Shown: positions 42,283 to 50,959 of the stretch, piece by piece
Position numbering within the stretch: position 1 is the first letter of the stretch
Layout of the letters: every line of letters begins with the position of its first letter
NCBI GenBank assembly: GCA_050015175.1
Contig: JBEKBX010000015.1
Span: forward strand, 76,463 to 140,462
Length of the DNA stretch: 64,000 nt
DNA from: Acidimicrobiales bacterium
GTDB lineage: Bacteria; Actinomycetota; Acidimicrobiia; Acidimicrobiales; Bog-793
Direction of reading: 5' to 3'
Notes under the pieces: model-generated
What the model was told of the DNA's origin: nothing
The model's input: only the letters and a program-made list of their open reading frames with translations
The model's database searches: none
Translations under genes and position numbers: made by a program

Positions 42283-43538
42283 TACGAGAGCTGCCCTTCT
42301 CCGCTGGGCGCCTCCGGCTCGCCTGGCGGGGGTGGGAGGAAGTCACCGGTCTCGATGCCTTCTGCGACGGCTTCGGTGGCGACATCGGCCTCGGTCTTGC
42401 CGGCTCCACCGCTCTCCGCGTCGATTTCCACTGTCTCACCCGCGGCCCACGCCTCCGCCGACAGAGTCTCCCCGCCTTCGGCCGGCTTCCAGACCATCTC
42501 ACCCGACTGTTCGACCCACTCGCCCTCGGCCCACTCGCCCTCCGCGTAATGGGCTTCCTCAGCCGCAGCCTCGGATTCGCTCTTGATGTCGATGTGCCAT
42601 CCCGTCAGGCGCGCGGCCAGGCGGGCATTCTGGCCCTCCTTGCCGATCGCAAGCGACAGCTGATAGTCGTGAACGATCACCGTCGCCCGGCCGCGATCCT
42701 CGTCGAGGATGACCTCTTTCACCTTGGCCGGCTGGAGCGCCCGTGACACGAACTCGGCCGGGTCATCCGAGAACGGCACGATATCGACCTTCTCGCCGCG
42801 CAGCTCGGTGGTGACCATGCGCACCCGCGCGCCCCGGGCGCCCACGCAGGCTCCCACCGGGTCCACGTTGCTGTCGTTCGACCAGACCGCGATCTTGGTC
42901 CGATGGCCGGGCTCTCGGGCGCAGGCCTTGATCTCGACGACCCCGTTGGAGATCTCGGGCACCTCAAGCTCGAAAAGGCGCTTGATGAGCCCGGGGTGGC
43001 TGCGCGAGACGACGATCTGAGGCCCTTTGCTCGTCTTGCGGACCTCGACGATGTAGGCCTTGAGGCGGGCACCGTGGTCGTAGCGCTCGTAAGGGACCTG
43101 CTCCGCCTGAGGCAACAGTGCCTCGACCTTGCCCAGGTCGAGGAGGGTGTAACGGTTGTCGCTCTGCTGAATGATCCCTGTGACGATGTCGCCCTCGCGC
43201 CCCGCGTACTCCTCGTACTTGCGATCGCGTTCTGCTTCGCGGATGCGCTGGAGGATCACCTGGCGCGCCGCCTGGGCAGCGATGCGGCCGAAGTCCTCAG
43301 GAGTGTCGTCCCATTCGCGCGTTACGTTGCCTTCCTCGTCCAGCTCCTGGCCGTAGACGCGGATCTCCCCGGAGTCCGGGTCGATCGTCACGACGGCCTC
43401 CTCAGCGGCCTGCGGGAGGCGCTTGTACGCGGCCACGAGCGCGTTCGCGAGCGCGTCGAACAACGTGTCAACCGCGATGCCCTTCTCCACGGCGATCTGC
43501 TGGAGCGCCTCCAGGAGGTCGAAATTCGTCGAGCTCAT
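42282..43538 (-). CDS. nusA: Transcription termination/antitermination factor NusA
   Basis: 'MSSTNFDLLEALQQIAVEKGI', S1 and KH regions ('GACVGARGARVRMVTTELRGEKVDIV'). Confidence 0.97.
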   Translation of the reverse strand: MSSTNFDLLEALQQIAVEKGIAVDTLFDALANALVAAYKRLPQAAEEAVVTIDPDSGEIRVYGQELDEEGNVTREWDDTPEDFGRIAAQAARQVILQRIREAERDRKYEEYAGREGDIVTGIIQQSDNRYTLLDLGKVEALLPQAEQVPYERYDHGARLKAYIVEVRKTSKGPQIVVSRSHPGLIKRLFELEVPEISNGVVEIKACAREPGHRTKIAVWSNDSNVDPVGACVGARGARVRMVTTELRGEKVDIVPFSDDPAEFVSRALQPAKVKEVILDEDRGRATVIVHDYQLSLAIGKEGQNARLAARLTGWHIDIKSESEAAAEEAHYAEGEWAEGEWVEQSGEMVWKPAEGGETLSAEAWAAGETVEIDAESGGAGKTEADVATEAVAEGIETGDFLPPPPGEPEAPSGEGQLS

Positions 43539-44107
43539 AGCGTGTCCGCCATCTCTCTCTGGGCGCTGCCACTTCCTTTCTCTGTCGACGACGCCTTCGC
43601 GTCGCGGCGCCTGTCGCTGCGGGCTGTCGGCGAGGCCGTACTCGCCAACGCCGCCCTCCAGTCGAAGACCGTGTGAGCTCTTTCGATGTCGCCATACGCG
43701 AGGTGCCTGCAGCCATCGGGCAGTTCAGACGCCGTAACGACGACGCCACGGTCGTCGGCGGAGACGAGCTCGCCCTCGAGCCTCCGCTCGCCTTCGACCC
43801 CCGGCATCGTGCGAAGCGAGATCTGGTGGCCGACGAACCGGCGGAAGTGATCCGGCCGGCGGAGGCGCCTCTCCAGGCCCGGGCTCGAGACCTCGAGCTC
43901 GTACCGGCTCGACGGTCCGATTCCCTCACGGTCGATCGCAGCCGAGATCGACTTGCTCGCGGACGCGAGCGTGTCCAGGTCGACTCCACCCTCGCGGTCG
44001 ACTGTCACGACGATGTTCCCGGACCTGATCTCGACGTCCACGAGATCAAGGCCAGCGGTCTGCAGCAATGGCGCGGCGATGCGCTCTACGTCGTCTGACG
44101 TACCCAT
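43535..44107 (-). CDS. rimP: Ribosome maturation factor RimP
   Basis: 'IAAPLLQTAGLDLVDVEI'. ATGA-type overlap with nusA. Conserved operon position. Confidence 0.9.
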   Translation of the reverse strand: MGTSDDVERIAAPLLQTAGLDLVDVEIRSGNIVVTVDREGGVDLDTLASASKSISAAIDREGIGPSSRYELEVSSPGLERRLRRPDHFRRFVGHQISLRTMPGVEGERRLEGELVSADDRGVVVTASELPDGCRHLAYGDIERAHTVFDWRAALASTASPTARSDRRRDAKASSTEKGSGSAQREMADTL

Positions 44108-44151
44108 CGCCGCTGCCTCCTTCGTAACCTACCTGCTCCAGAAATGACAAA

Positions 44152-44171
44152 ACGTGGGCGGCCGCCCACGT
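44152..44171 (-). terminator. Rho-independent-type terminator after the ECF sigma gene
   Basis: Perfect 20-nt palindrome ACGTGGGCGGCCGCCCACGT, followed on the minus strand by TTTGTCATTT. Confidence 0.6.
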
Positions 44172-44282
44172 CCACGCTTGCTGCATATCAATCGAACGGT
44201 TCGGGAGACTTTAGCATTCCGCCGGCCTGCCGGCACTGCCCAATCTCAGTCTACCGGGCTCTCATCGCGCCCCGTACGCCTT

Positions 44283-44798
44283 CTAGGTGGGCATTTGCGG
44301 CTCCTCGACCAGGTGCCTGAGGTCGTCTCTCGCAAGGCCCAGCTGCTTGCGAACGGTGCCCTCGGCGATCCCGAGCGAACGGGCCGCCTCTTTCGGTGTG
44401 AGGCCCACCACGAAACACAACGTTGCGCACGCCCGCCGCCTGGCAGGCATGCGGCTCAGCGCGGCCTCGAGGCCGAGGTTCGAGACTGCCTCGGCAGCGG
44501 TGTCACGACGCGAAGCCTGCTCGGTCTCCAGCGGGTATTCGTGCTTCCAATGACCGCGCGATAGGCGGAACGCCGTGCGATAGGCGTACCCCGGTGGATT
44601 CGTGCCGAGGCGCACACGCCGCCAGTGACCGAGCGTGCGGGCGAAGGCTTCTTGCGCCACGTCCTCGGCCGTGGGCCGGTCCAAGCCCCCGATCTCGAGC
44701 GCGCGTACCAGCCGCGGATAGTGAGTCTCGTAAACGGTGACGAAGTCCCCGGCCACCTCGCTTGTTCGGTCGTCTTCGATGACAACAGTCTGTCCCAC
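44283..44798 (-). CDS. ECF-type sigma-70 family sigma factor
   Basis: 'DVAQEAFARTLGHWRRV' (region 2) and 'TPKEAARSLGIAEGTVRKQLGLARDDL' (region 4 HTH). Confidence 0.85.
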   Translation of the reverse strand: MGQTVVIEDDRTSEVAGDFVTVYETHYPRLVRALEIGGLDRPTAEDVAQEAFARTLGHWRRVRLGTNPPGYAYRTAFRLSRGHWKHEYPLETEQASRRDTAAEAVSNLGLEAALSRMPARRRACATLCFVVGLTPKEAARSLGIAEGTVRKQLGLARDDLRHLVEEPQMPT

Positions 44799-44825
44799 CG
44801 GGACCGTCCCCGGTCGCCAGGCGCG

Positions 44826-46043
44826 CTAACCGCCGATCGGCTTTGTAGTCGGGGCCGGTGCCCGGGAGCTGGGCGAACCCGACCCGCCTGAGCCCGTCGA
44901 ACCGGGAGAGCCCGACGCACTGGAACCGGAGACATTCTGCGCTCCGCCGTTGAGCCCTGTGCACGCAGCCACCGTCATCGCCAAGGCCCCGGACCCCGGC
45001 AGGCCGGCTTGTTCGAGAACTGATCCGGTGCCGGACAGCGCGTACACCGTTGCCTGCCCTGGTGTCGCGCTGCCCTGGCTACCGGTCCCGCCAGCCTTTG
45101 CCGTCGTCTGCTCGTGAACGAGCACGGCCCAGTGGGCGACGACGGTCATCACGTCTTTGCCTCCTCCAGCAAAATCGGCACGCACGGCCACCGCCTGGCC
45201 CGTCGTGTGGGCGACGACAACGGCGATCGGTGACCCTTCCGCCTCACCTACGACCTGGTCCGACAGCACGTCGATGGGTCGCTCGAGCGCTGGCCCGAGC
45301 GGAACCGTGACGACTCCGACAGCCCCGGGATCGGACACCTCGACGACGAGGGCCTGGGTCACCGCACAGCTCGTCGGCAGTGCCTGCGCACTGGGCGTGG
45401 CAACCGAGGAACCCGGTTCGGTCCCGGTCGCCGCGGGGGTCGAGGCAGGCGCTGATGCCGTCGGAACGAGCTCGAGAGGTGCGACGGCCCAGACGGCGGC
45501 GAAGGCTCGGACGGTCACACCCTCGCTCGTGCGAGTGAACAGATGGTGGAGCACCGCCTCGCCGATCGATCCATTGCGCGAATACAGCGAGCAGTTCCAG
45601 ACGCTGCACAACGACGCCCCAGAGCTTGAAAAGGCGTTCGTCACCTGCAGACGGCCTGAGCTCTGGGTACTCGTGGTGCCCTCTGCTGCGGGCGTGACCA
45701 CTGTCGCGGCGACTCCCACTTCCGACCCGGCGTTCACCCAGCCGAGTCCTTCGGGAGCACTGCCGGGACTCGCAGAAGACGGGGCCTGTGCCGACATGCG
45801 GCCCATGGTCGGCGGATGACTTGGGAGCCCCGGCAGCGCCGACGTCGTCGTCCCGCCGTGACGGCTGAGGCCTATGCCCACGCCTGCGCCCGCCAGGGCG
45901 ATCACTATGCCGAGCGTCGCCGCGGTACGGGCGCGACGGGCTCGTAGGCGGCGGCGGCGGCGGACGATGCCCTCGAGCACCTCTCGGGAGGGCCGCTCGA
46001 GGTTGGCTTCGTCGAGAAGGTGGGAGAGATCAGGGCCGTCCAT
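44826..46043 (-). CDS. Single-pass membrane protein upstream of the ECF sigma (possible anti-sigma)
   Basis: Cytoplasmic Arg-rich N-terminus, TM 'AATLGIVIALAGAGVGIGL', and a Ser/Thr/Ala-rich ectodomain. Function inferred from context only. Confidence 0.45.
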   Translation of the reverse strand: MDGPDLSHLLDEANLERPSREVLEGIVRRRRRLRARRARTAATLGIVIALAGAGVGIGLSRHGGTTTSALPGLPSHPPTMGRMSAQAPSSASPGSAPEGLGWVNAGSEVGVAATVVTPAAEGTTSTQSSGRLQVTNAFSSSGASLCSVWNCSLYSRNGSIGEAVLHHLFTRTSEGVTVRAFAAVWAVAPLELVPTASAPASTPAATGTEPGSSVATPSAQALPTSCAVTQALVVEVSDPGAVGVVTVPLGPALERPIDVLSDQVVGEAEGSPIAVVVAHTTGQAVAVRADFAGGGKDVMTVVAHWAVLVHEQTTAKAGGTGSQGSATPGQATVYALSGTGSVLEQAGLPGSGALAMTVAACTGLNGGAQNVSGSSASGSPGSTGSGGSGSPSSRAPAPTTKPIGG

Positions 46044-46236
46044 TACGTCCTTTCAAAGCGACGAGGAGGCAGTTTCGCGCACGCGCAGTTGCGAGAGGCC
46101 AGTATCAGCGCTGTGGGCCGACCAGGTCGCCGCCGAGGTCGGAGGTGACCCCGAGCGGCGCGACGCCGGCTGCCGCAACGCCACGCGGGCGTCGAGGCAG
46201 CCGGCCTGGGCAAGGAAGAGCGGCACAAGAGCGTGC

Positions 46237-47214
46237 TCAGGATGAGGCGACGAGTTGGTAGACGACTGTCACCTGGACCGAGATCTGCTGCTGGCCCGCT
46301 TGCACCGGCACCGCCGTGCCGGTCGCCACCGGGGCAGCCGCGTTGAGGTTGTAATACACGTACTGGCCTGCATTCTCCTGATCGGTGATCGACACGATCG
46401 GTCCGACCGTCATTCCGCCTCCCGCCGCAACCTGGGTCGCCTCGGTGTTCGCCGCCTGCATCGCCTGTGCTCGTGCCGAGGCGAGCAGTGCCGACTGGTT
46501 CGAGATCGAGAAGGAGATGCCGTCCAGCGTGACGCCGTTGCCCGTCGCGGTCACTGCCGCGTCAAGAGCCTGTCCGAGGCTCGACAGATCGTTCATCGTC
46601 ACTGTGAGGTCGTCCTCGGCGCTGAAGCTCCTGACCCATCCTTTCGAGTTGGTGTTGGCGGAGAGATTCAGGTAGCTCGTCTGCATGTCCTTCAACTGGA
46701 CTCCGCTCTGCTCCAGCGACTGCTCGAGCGTCGCCACCTTGGCATTGTTCTGCTCTAGCGCCTCGAGCGCGGTGTGCGCGGTCGTGTCCACGCCGATGTT
46801 GAAAATGGCGGTGTCGGGCGTGCCCTCCACTACGCCGTTGCCCGTGACGGTGATCGTCGCCGGGGAGGACGTTGAGGCGTCGTGGGAAGTGGTCAGTACC
46901 GTCTTGATGCTGGTTGAGCGCGGCGACGAGCCGGCACTGCTCAACGCTGCCGCGCCGACAAGCGACCCCACAACCACCAACGCTGCGACGGCGACGACAC
47001 CGGTCGCTCGAGCAGTGAAGCTCCTGCCGCGCTTGCGAGCACCAACCGGGCCGGGGAAGCTCGGGCCGTCCGCGTCGACAGCTGTCGGCTGCGGCCCGGC
47101 GCTCAGCGATTCCTGTGCTGAGTCCCCCTGTGCGGGGAGGACTCCGGGCTCTCGGTCTTCGTTCACGTCGGACTCTCCTTGGGTGAGTGTTCGACCCTCC
47201 CGCTGAGGGTCCAA
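46237..47214 (-). CDS. SIMPL (DUF541)-domain protein
   Basis: TM anchor, then 'TVTGNGVVEGTPDTAIFNIGV...ALEQNNAKVATL...LDGISFSISNQSALLASARAQAMQAA'. Confidence 0.7.
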   Translation of the reverse strand: MDPQREGRTLTQGESDVNEDREPGVLPAQGDSAQESLSAGPQPTAVDADGPSFPGPVGARKRGRSFTARATGVVAVAALVVVGSLVGAAALSSAGSSPRSTSIKTVLTTSHDASTSSPATITVTGNGVVEGTPDTAIFNIGVDTTAHTALEALEQNNAKVATLEQSLEQSGVQLKDMQTSYLNLSANTNSKGWVRSFSAEDDLTVTMNDLSSLGQALDAAVTATGNGVTLDGISFSISNQSALLASARAQAMQAANTEATQVAAGGGMTVGPIVSITDQENAGQYVYYNLNAAAPVATGTAVPVQAGQQQISVQVTVVYQLVASS

Positions 47215-47568
47215 TGCTTCAAAGCGTCGGGCCTGCCGATTCGCGTACGGCGGATCTCACAGCCCGGCCAGGACCGCGCTGCGAGTCGTGCGAGATCGCA
47301 CCCGTGCCGTCGGCAGCACCACCGGTAGGTGAGCCGGTACGGGCTTGTCCGACGATCACGCCATGCCACTCGCAAAGGCTCCCCCGGACCGCTCGGTGCC
47401 CGGTCGCACCTTCCCCAGAGGACGCACGGGCCAGCGCCCTTCCTTCGCGCCTCGTGGCTGTCTCGCCTGCAGGAGCGGAATCGAGCGTGCTCGCGTGTAG
47501 CTCGAGACCAAGCAACGGGTCGTCTCCCTATGAAGACTCCGCCGCCTGTGGCTGTCGCTGGTCCCAGG

Positions 47569-48183
47569 TCACCCACTGTCGCCAGGACGAGTTGCCGTAA
47601 GAGATTCGGGCCCCATAACCGGACTGTTTTCGGGGGCGGGTGCTCTCATTGCTGTTGCGACTAAGAGTCCGATTCCAACGGTCATCACGACGTCACCAAT
47701 ACTGATGACGCTGCGAAACCAGGACAGAGGAATGACATCGCCCAGCGCGCGTAGAACAGTGCCGTGGTTCAACAGCACGTGCTTTGACAAATGACCAAGG
47801 CCAATTGACTTGGAGGGCGCGATGCCGGCGCGGTCAAGTGCGGATTCGGAGACTGGCATTCCCTTGTTCGGGATGATTGCAAGAAGGTTCAGAGCCCAGC
47901 CAACCTCAACAATGCCTAGTCCGAACCGCGCTCCGCCTGACGAGGCCCGAGCATTCTCGAAAACCCACCAACCTACGACGAGGTAGGTGACCAGGACGAT
48001 GGCAAACCTCACACCTGAGGGCCAGCCACGGATTCCCGGAACCTCCAGCGCTGCTTGTGCCGCGATCGCCGCAAAAACCAACGAGGAATGGTGGAATCGC
48101 AGCTCTGAGAGAACGCGGCAGCTACCGCCCGTCATCCACCCGGCAAGTAACCCCACAACGACAGCGAAGGGCAGGATCAGCAT
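47569..48183 (-). CDS. Polytopic membrane protein (DUF5317-like)
   Basis: 'MLILPFAVVVGLLAGWMTGGSCRVLSELRF' plus several further TM segments. Confidence 0.55.
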   Translation of the reverse strand: MLILPFAVVVGLLAGWMTGGSCRVLSELRFHHSSLVFAAIAAQAALEVPGIRGWPSGVRFAIVLVTYLVVGWWVFENARASSGGARFGLGIVEVGWALNLLAIIPNKGMPVSESALDRAGIAPSKSIGLGHLSKHVLLNHGTVLRALGDVIPLSWFRSVISIGDVVMTVGIGLLVATAMRAPAPENSPVMGPESLTATRPGDSG

Positions 48184-48274
48184 GTCGGGGATGCATCGAC
48201 GAGCCGGTGCTCACTAGGAGCTTGCATCTGCGGCCGGCGAGGGACATTAGGAACTCGCTGGCAAGCACCTGCAC

Positions 48275-48394
48275 TTACCAGTGCAGGTGAGGCCCTTGGA
48301 AGAAGGGAGCGGCCCCTGCGAACCAGAGAGCTCCCATCGTTGCGGCAGCGGCCGCTATCCGGGCGATTCTCTTCCGGGCCGTTGTTGTGCTCAT
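48275..48394 (-). CDS. Candidate 39-aa membrane-anchored small protein
   Basis: CAGGAGGAC lies 6 nt upstream of ATG 48394. Encodes 'MSTTTARKRIARIAAAAATMGALWFAGAAPFFQGPHLHW'. The stop is embedded in hairpin CCTGCAC-N6-GTGCAGG. Confidence 0.3.
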   Translation of the reverse strand: MSTTTARKRIARIAAAAATMGALWFAGAAPFFQGPHLHW

Positions 48395-48507
48395 CTTGCG
48401 GTCCTCCTGGATCGTGGCGGCTCATTTCGCCATGCTCGGCTAAGGAGCGTGACTATACAAAGACTCACGAGTCCGCCGCCAGCCAGTGGTCCTGATCGAG
48501 ACCCACG

Positions 48508-48628
48508 GTGACGAAGACTGCGCCAGGAAATGTCCAGGTCAACGGCGCCGCGGAGTCGTTCCGGTACCGGAGGCGGCTCACTGAGCTTGTCGCGTTCCTC
48601 GCCATGCCTCCCGAGGGGGCGGTTAACT
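48508..48628 (+). pseudogene. 5' fragment of a small wHTH/BTAD-like regulator gene split by the IS
   Basis: Encodes '...FRYRRRLTELVAFLAMPPEGAVN', then runs into IS sequence and stops at 48649-48651. Confidence 0.55.
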
Positions 48629-48662
48629 GCTCCGCTCTGAGTAGTCTTTAGATGGCGTACGT

Positions 48663-49256
48663 GTGTTCTATACTGGAGCCGTGAACCTTTCGGACTGGGC
48701 TGACCAGGTAGGTGTGAGCAAGTTCACTGCCTATCGCTGGTTCCGTGAAGGAACGCTCCCGGTTCCCGCCCAGCGGGTCGGTCGTCTGATCCTTGTGGAC
48801 ACTCCGTCTCCCGAGAAGGTGAGCAACCGGACTGTTTGCTATGCGCGAGTCTCCTCCCACGATCAGCGAGGAGACCTCGATCGACAGGTCGCCCGCATTA
48901 CCTCGTGGGCGACCGCCCACGGTCTACAGGTCGCCGAAGTCGTGACCGAGGTCGGATCAGGAGTGAACGCCGAGCGGCGCAAGCTCGCCCGACTGCTTGC
49001 AGACCCGAAAGCCCAGACCATCATTGTCGAGCATCGGGACAGGCTTGCCCGATTCGGGGTTGAGCATCTCCAAGCGGCACTTGGAGCGCAATGTCGCTCG
49101 ATTCAGGTTGTCGAAGACGGTGAGGTAGACGACGACCTCTTGAGGGACATGACCGAAGTTCTCACCTGGTTCTGTGCCCGTCTCTACGGGCGAGGTGGCG
49201 CACGGAACCGTGCGCTGCGCTCGATCACAGCAGCTAAACAAGCCCTGGCGACGTGA
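48663..49256 (+). CDS. tnpA: IS607-family serine recombinase TnpA (alternative start GTG 48681)
   Basis: MerR-like HTH 'SKFTAYRWFREGTLP' and serine-recombinase active site 'VCYARVSSHDQ'. Confidence 0.9.
   Translation: MFYTGAVNLSDWADQVGVSKFTAYRWFREGTLPVPAQRVGRLILVDTPSPEKVSNRTVCYARVSSHDQRGDLDRQVARITSWATAHGLQVAEVVTEVGSGVNAERRKLARLLADPKAQTIIVEHRDRLARFGVEHLQAALGAQCRSIQVVEDGEVDDDLLRDMTEVLTWFCARLYGRGGARNRALRSITAAKQALAT
48669..48674 (+). promoter_or_regulatory. -10-like hexamer TATACT for a possibly leaderless tnpA transcript
   Basis: TATACT lies 6 nt upstream of GTG 48681 ('NLSDWADQVGVS...'). This geometry is typical of actinobacterial leaderless genes. Confidence 0.35.
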
Positions 49257-50656
49257 CCGTCGTACGCCAGGGGTTCCGCTTCGAGCTTGACCCAAACAAC
49301 AAGTCTCGTTCGAAGCTGTCCTCACACACCGGTGCCAGCCGCTTCGCTTACAACTTCGGTCTCGCTCTTGTGAAAGAGCGGCTTGGCGAGCGGGCAAAGC
49401 TCCGCGCCTGGGCGCTCGACTACGGCCTTTGCGCCGATCAAGCCGAGGTCTTCGCCCGCAGTGTCGAAGTGCCGTGGAACCTCTACTCGCTCCGGCGGGA
49501 GTGGAACTTCGCCAAGAGCACTATCGCTCCGTGGTGGTCGGAGAACTCGAAAGAGGCGTACTCGTCCGGTCTCGATGGACTGGCTCGTGCGCTCGACAAC
49601 TTCTCGAAGGCCCGCTCTTTAGAACGAGCGGGACAGAGCGGGTTTCCTTCGTTCAAGAACAAGTCGGCACGACGCTCCTGCCGGTTCACAACCGGGGCGA
49701 TCAAGGTCGTCGACGACCGGCACGTCCAACTGCCGAGGATCGGCGTTCTCCGCACGAAAGAACCGGCGACCAAGCTCCGAGTGATGCTCGACAGTGGGAG
49801 CGCCCGGATTCTGTCGGCGACGATCTCCACCCTGGCCGGTCGATGGTTCGTCTCATTTGCTTGCGAGGTCGAGCGCTCCGATCGAAAGGCCAAGTGCCCG
49901 TCCGAGATCGTCGCCGTCGATCTCGGAGTCAAGCAGTTGGCCACGCTCTCTAATGGCGAGATTGTCGAGAACCCGACGGTGCTCTCTCGCTACCGGCGGC
50001 AGATGGCGAGCTTGCAGCGAAAGATCGCACGCCAGCAGCCCGGTTCTCGCCGTCGCGCCCACTCCAAGGCGAAGCTCGCCCGCTGTCACAAGCGGGTTGC
50101 CGACGCTCGGCGAGATGTCCTCCACAAGCTCACCACTGAACTTGCCGAGACCTACGGCACGGTCGTCATCGAAGACTTGGCCGTGAAGAACATGACGAAG
50201 TCGGCGTCGGGAACGATGGAGTCGCCGGGCACGAACGTCGCTCAGAAGTCGGGCCTCAACCGAGCCATCCTCGATGTCGCACCGGCTGAGTTCCGGCGTC
50301 AGCTCACCTACAAGATGGCCTGGCACTCCGGCCGCCTGATCGTGGCCAACCGGTTCTACCCGTCATCGAAGACCTGCTCGTCGTGTGGGGAAGTGAGAGC
50401 CAAGCTCTCCCTGGACGAGCGCACCTATACGTGCGAGCACTGCGGTCTTGTCATCGACAGAGACCTCAATGCCGCAATCAACCTTGCCGCCTACGCGCGA
50501 CGAGAGCTGGACGTCGCCGGGAGTGGCCTGGAGACGGTAAACGCACGTCGAGGAGACCAACCGCGACTGCGGTCGCAGTCTCCGGTGAAGCGTGAAGACG
50601 GCACCGGCTCGCCGGATAGGACCGCCACCGCCTCATCGCAACGTGAGGCTGCTTAA
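49253..50656 (+). CDS. tnpB: TnpB (OrfB) RNA-guided endonuclease family protein
   Basis: 'VAVDLGVKQLATLSNG' (RuvC-I), 'VVIEDLAVKNM' (RuvC-II), 'CSSCGEV...YTCEHCGLVIDRDLNAAINL' (Zn finger + RuvC-III). GTGA overlap with tnpA. Confidence 0.92.
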   Translation: MTVVRQGFRFELDPNNKSRSKLSSHTGASRFAYNFGLALVKERLGERAKLRAWALDYGLCADQAEVFARSVEVPWNLYSLRREWNFAKSTIAPWWSENSKEAYSSGLDGLARALDNFSKARSLERAGQSGFPSFKNKSARRSCRFTTGAIKVVDDRHVQLPRIGVLRTKEPATKLRVMLDSGSARILSATISTLAGRWFVSFACEVERSDRKAKCPSEIVAVDLGVKQLATLSNGEIVENPTVLSRYRRQMASLQRKIARQQPGSRRRAHSKAKLARCHKRVADARRDVLHKLTTELAETYGTVVIEDLAVKNMTKSASGTMESPGTNVAQKSGLNRAILDVAPAEFRRQLTYKMAWHSGRLIVANRFYPSSKTCSSCGEVRAKLSLDERTYTCEHCGLVIDRDLNAAINLAAYARRELDVAGSGLETVNARRGDQPRLRSQSPVKREDGTGSPDRTATASSQREAA

Positions 50657-50690
50657 TGGGCTGCGTAACTACTGCACGCTCATTTCGCAA
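50450..50690 (+). ncRNA. Predicted omega-RNA (scaffold in tnpB 3' end/right end plus flank-derived guide)
   Basis: Inferred from the established TnpB architecture. Nested hairpin GGAGAC..GCGAC-TGCG-GTCGC..GTCTCC at 50552-50583. The right end lies 14 nt after the tnpB stop. Confidence 0.3.
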
Positions 50691-50918
50691 CGGCTTGCCC
50701 ACTGGGCAGCACTTCAAGGATTGCTCGTCTCGCCCTGGGACGAGAGGCTCTACCGTCTCTTGATGCGGGCGGCAGACAGGATGGGGAGTCGCGGTGGCGT
50801 GGACGCCGCACTTCGCAGTCTTGCGCTGGCGCTCGAGCTCGAAGGCGACCCGCTGCTCGGCATCCATCCCGAGACGTCGGCGCTCTACCGCAGCCTCACC
50901 TCGAGCTCGCTCGCGTAG
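50666..50918 (+). pseudogene. 3' fragment of the IS-split wHTH/BTAD-like regulator gene
   Basis: Encodes 'YCTLISQRLAHW...DERLYRLLMRAADRMGSRGGVDAALRSLALALELEGDPLLGIHPETSALYRSL' (SARP/BTAD-like C-terminus). Confidence 0.55.
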
Positions 50919-50959
50919 CTTCGCAAGGCCGAACGCCAAACCACGGCTACGGTGGGCCC

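Larger units (their letters stand above)
48624..50670 (+). mobile_element. IS607-family insertion sequence (tnpA serine recombinase + tnpB), about 2.04 kb
   Basis: TAACT is present at both junctions (48624-48628 and 50666-50670). Deleting the interval restores one in-frame ORF across the junction. Confidence 0.8.
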
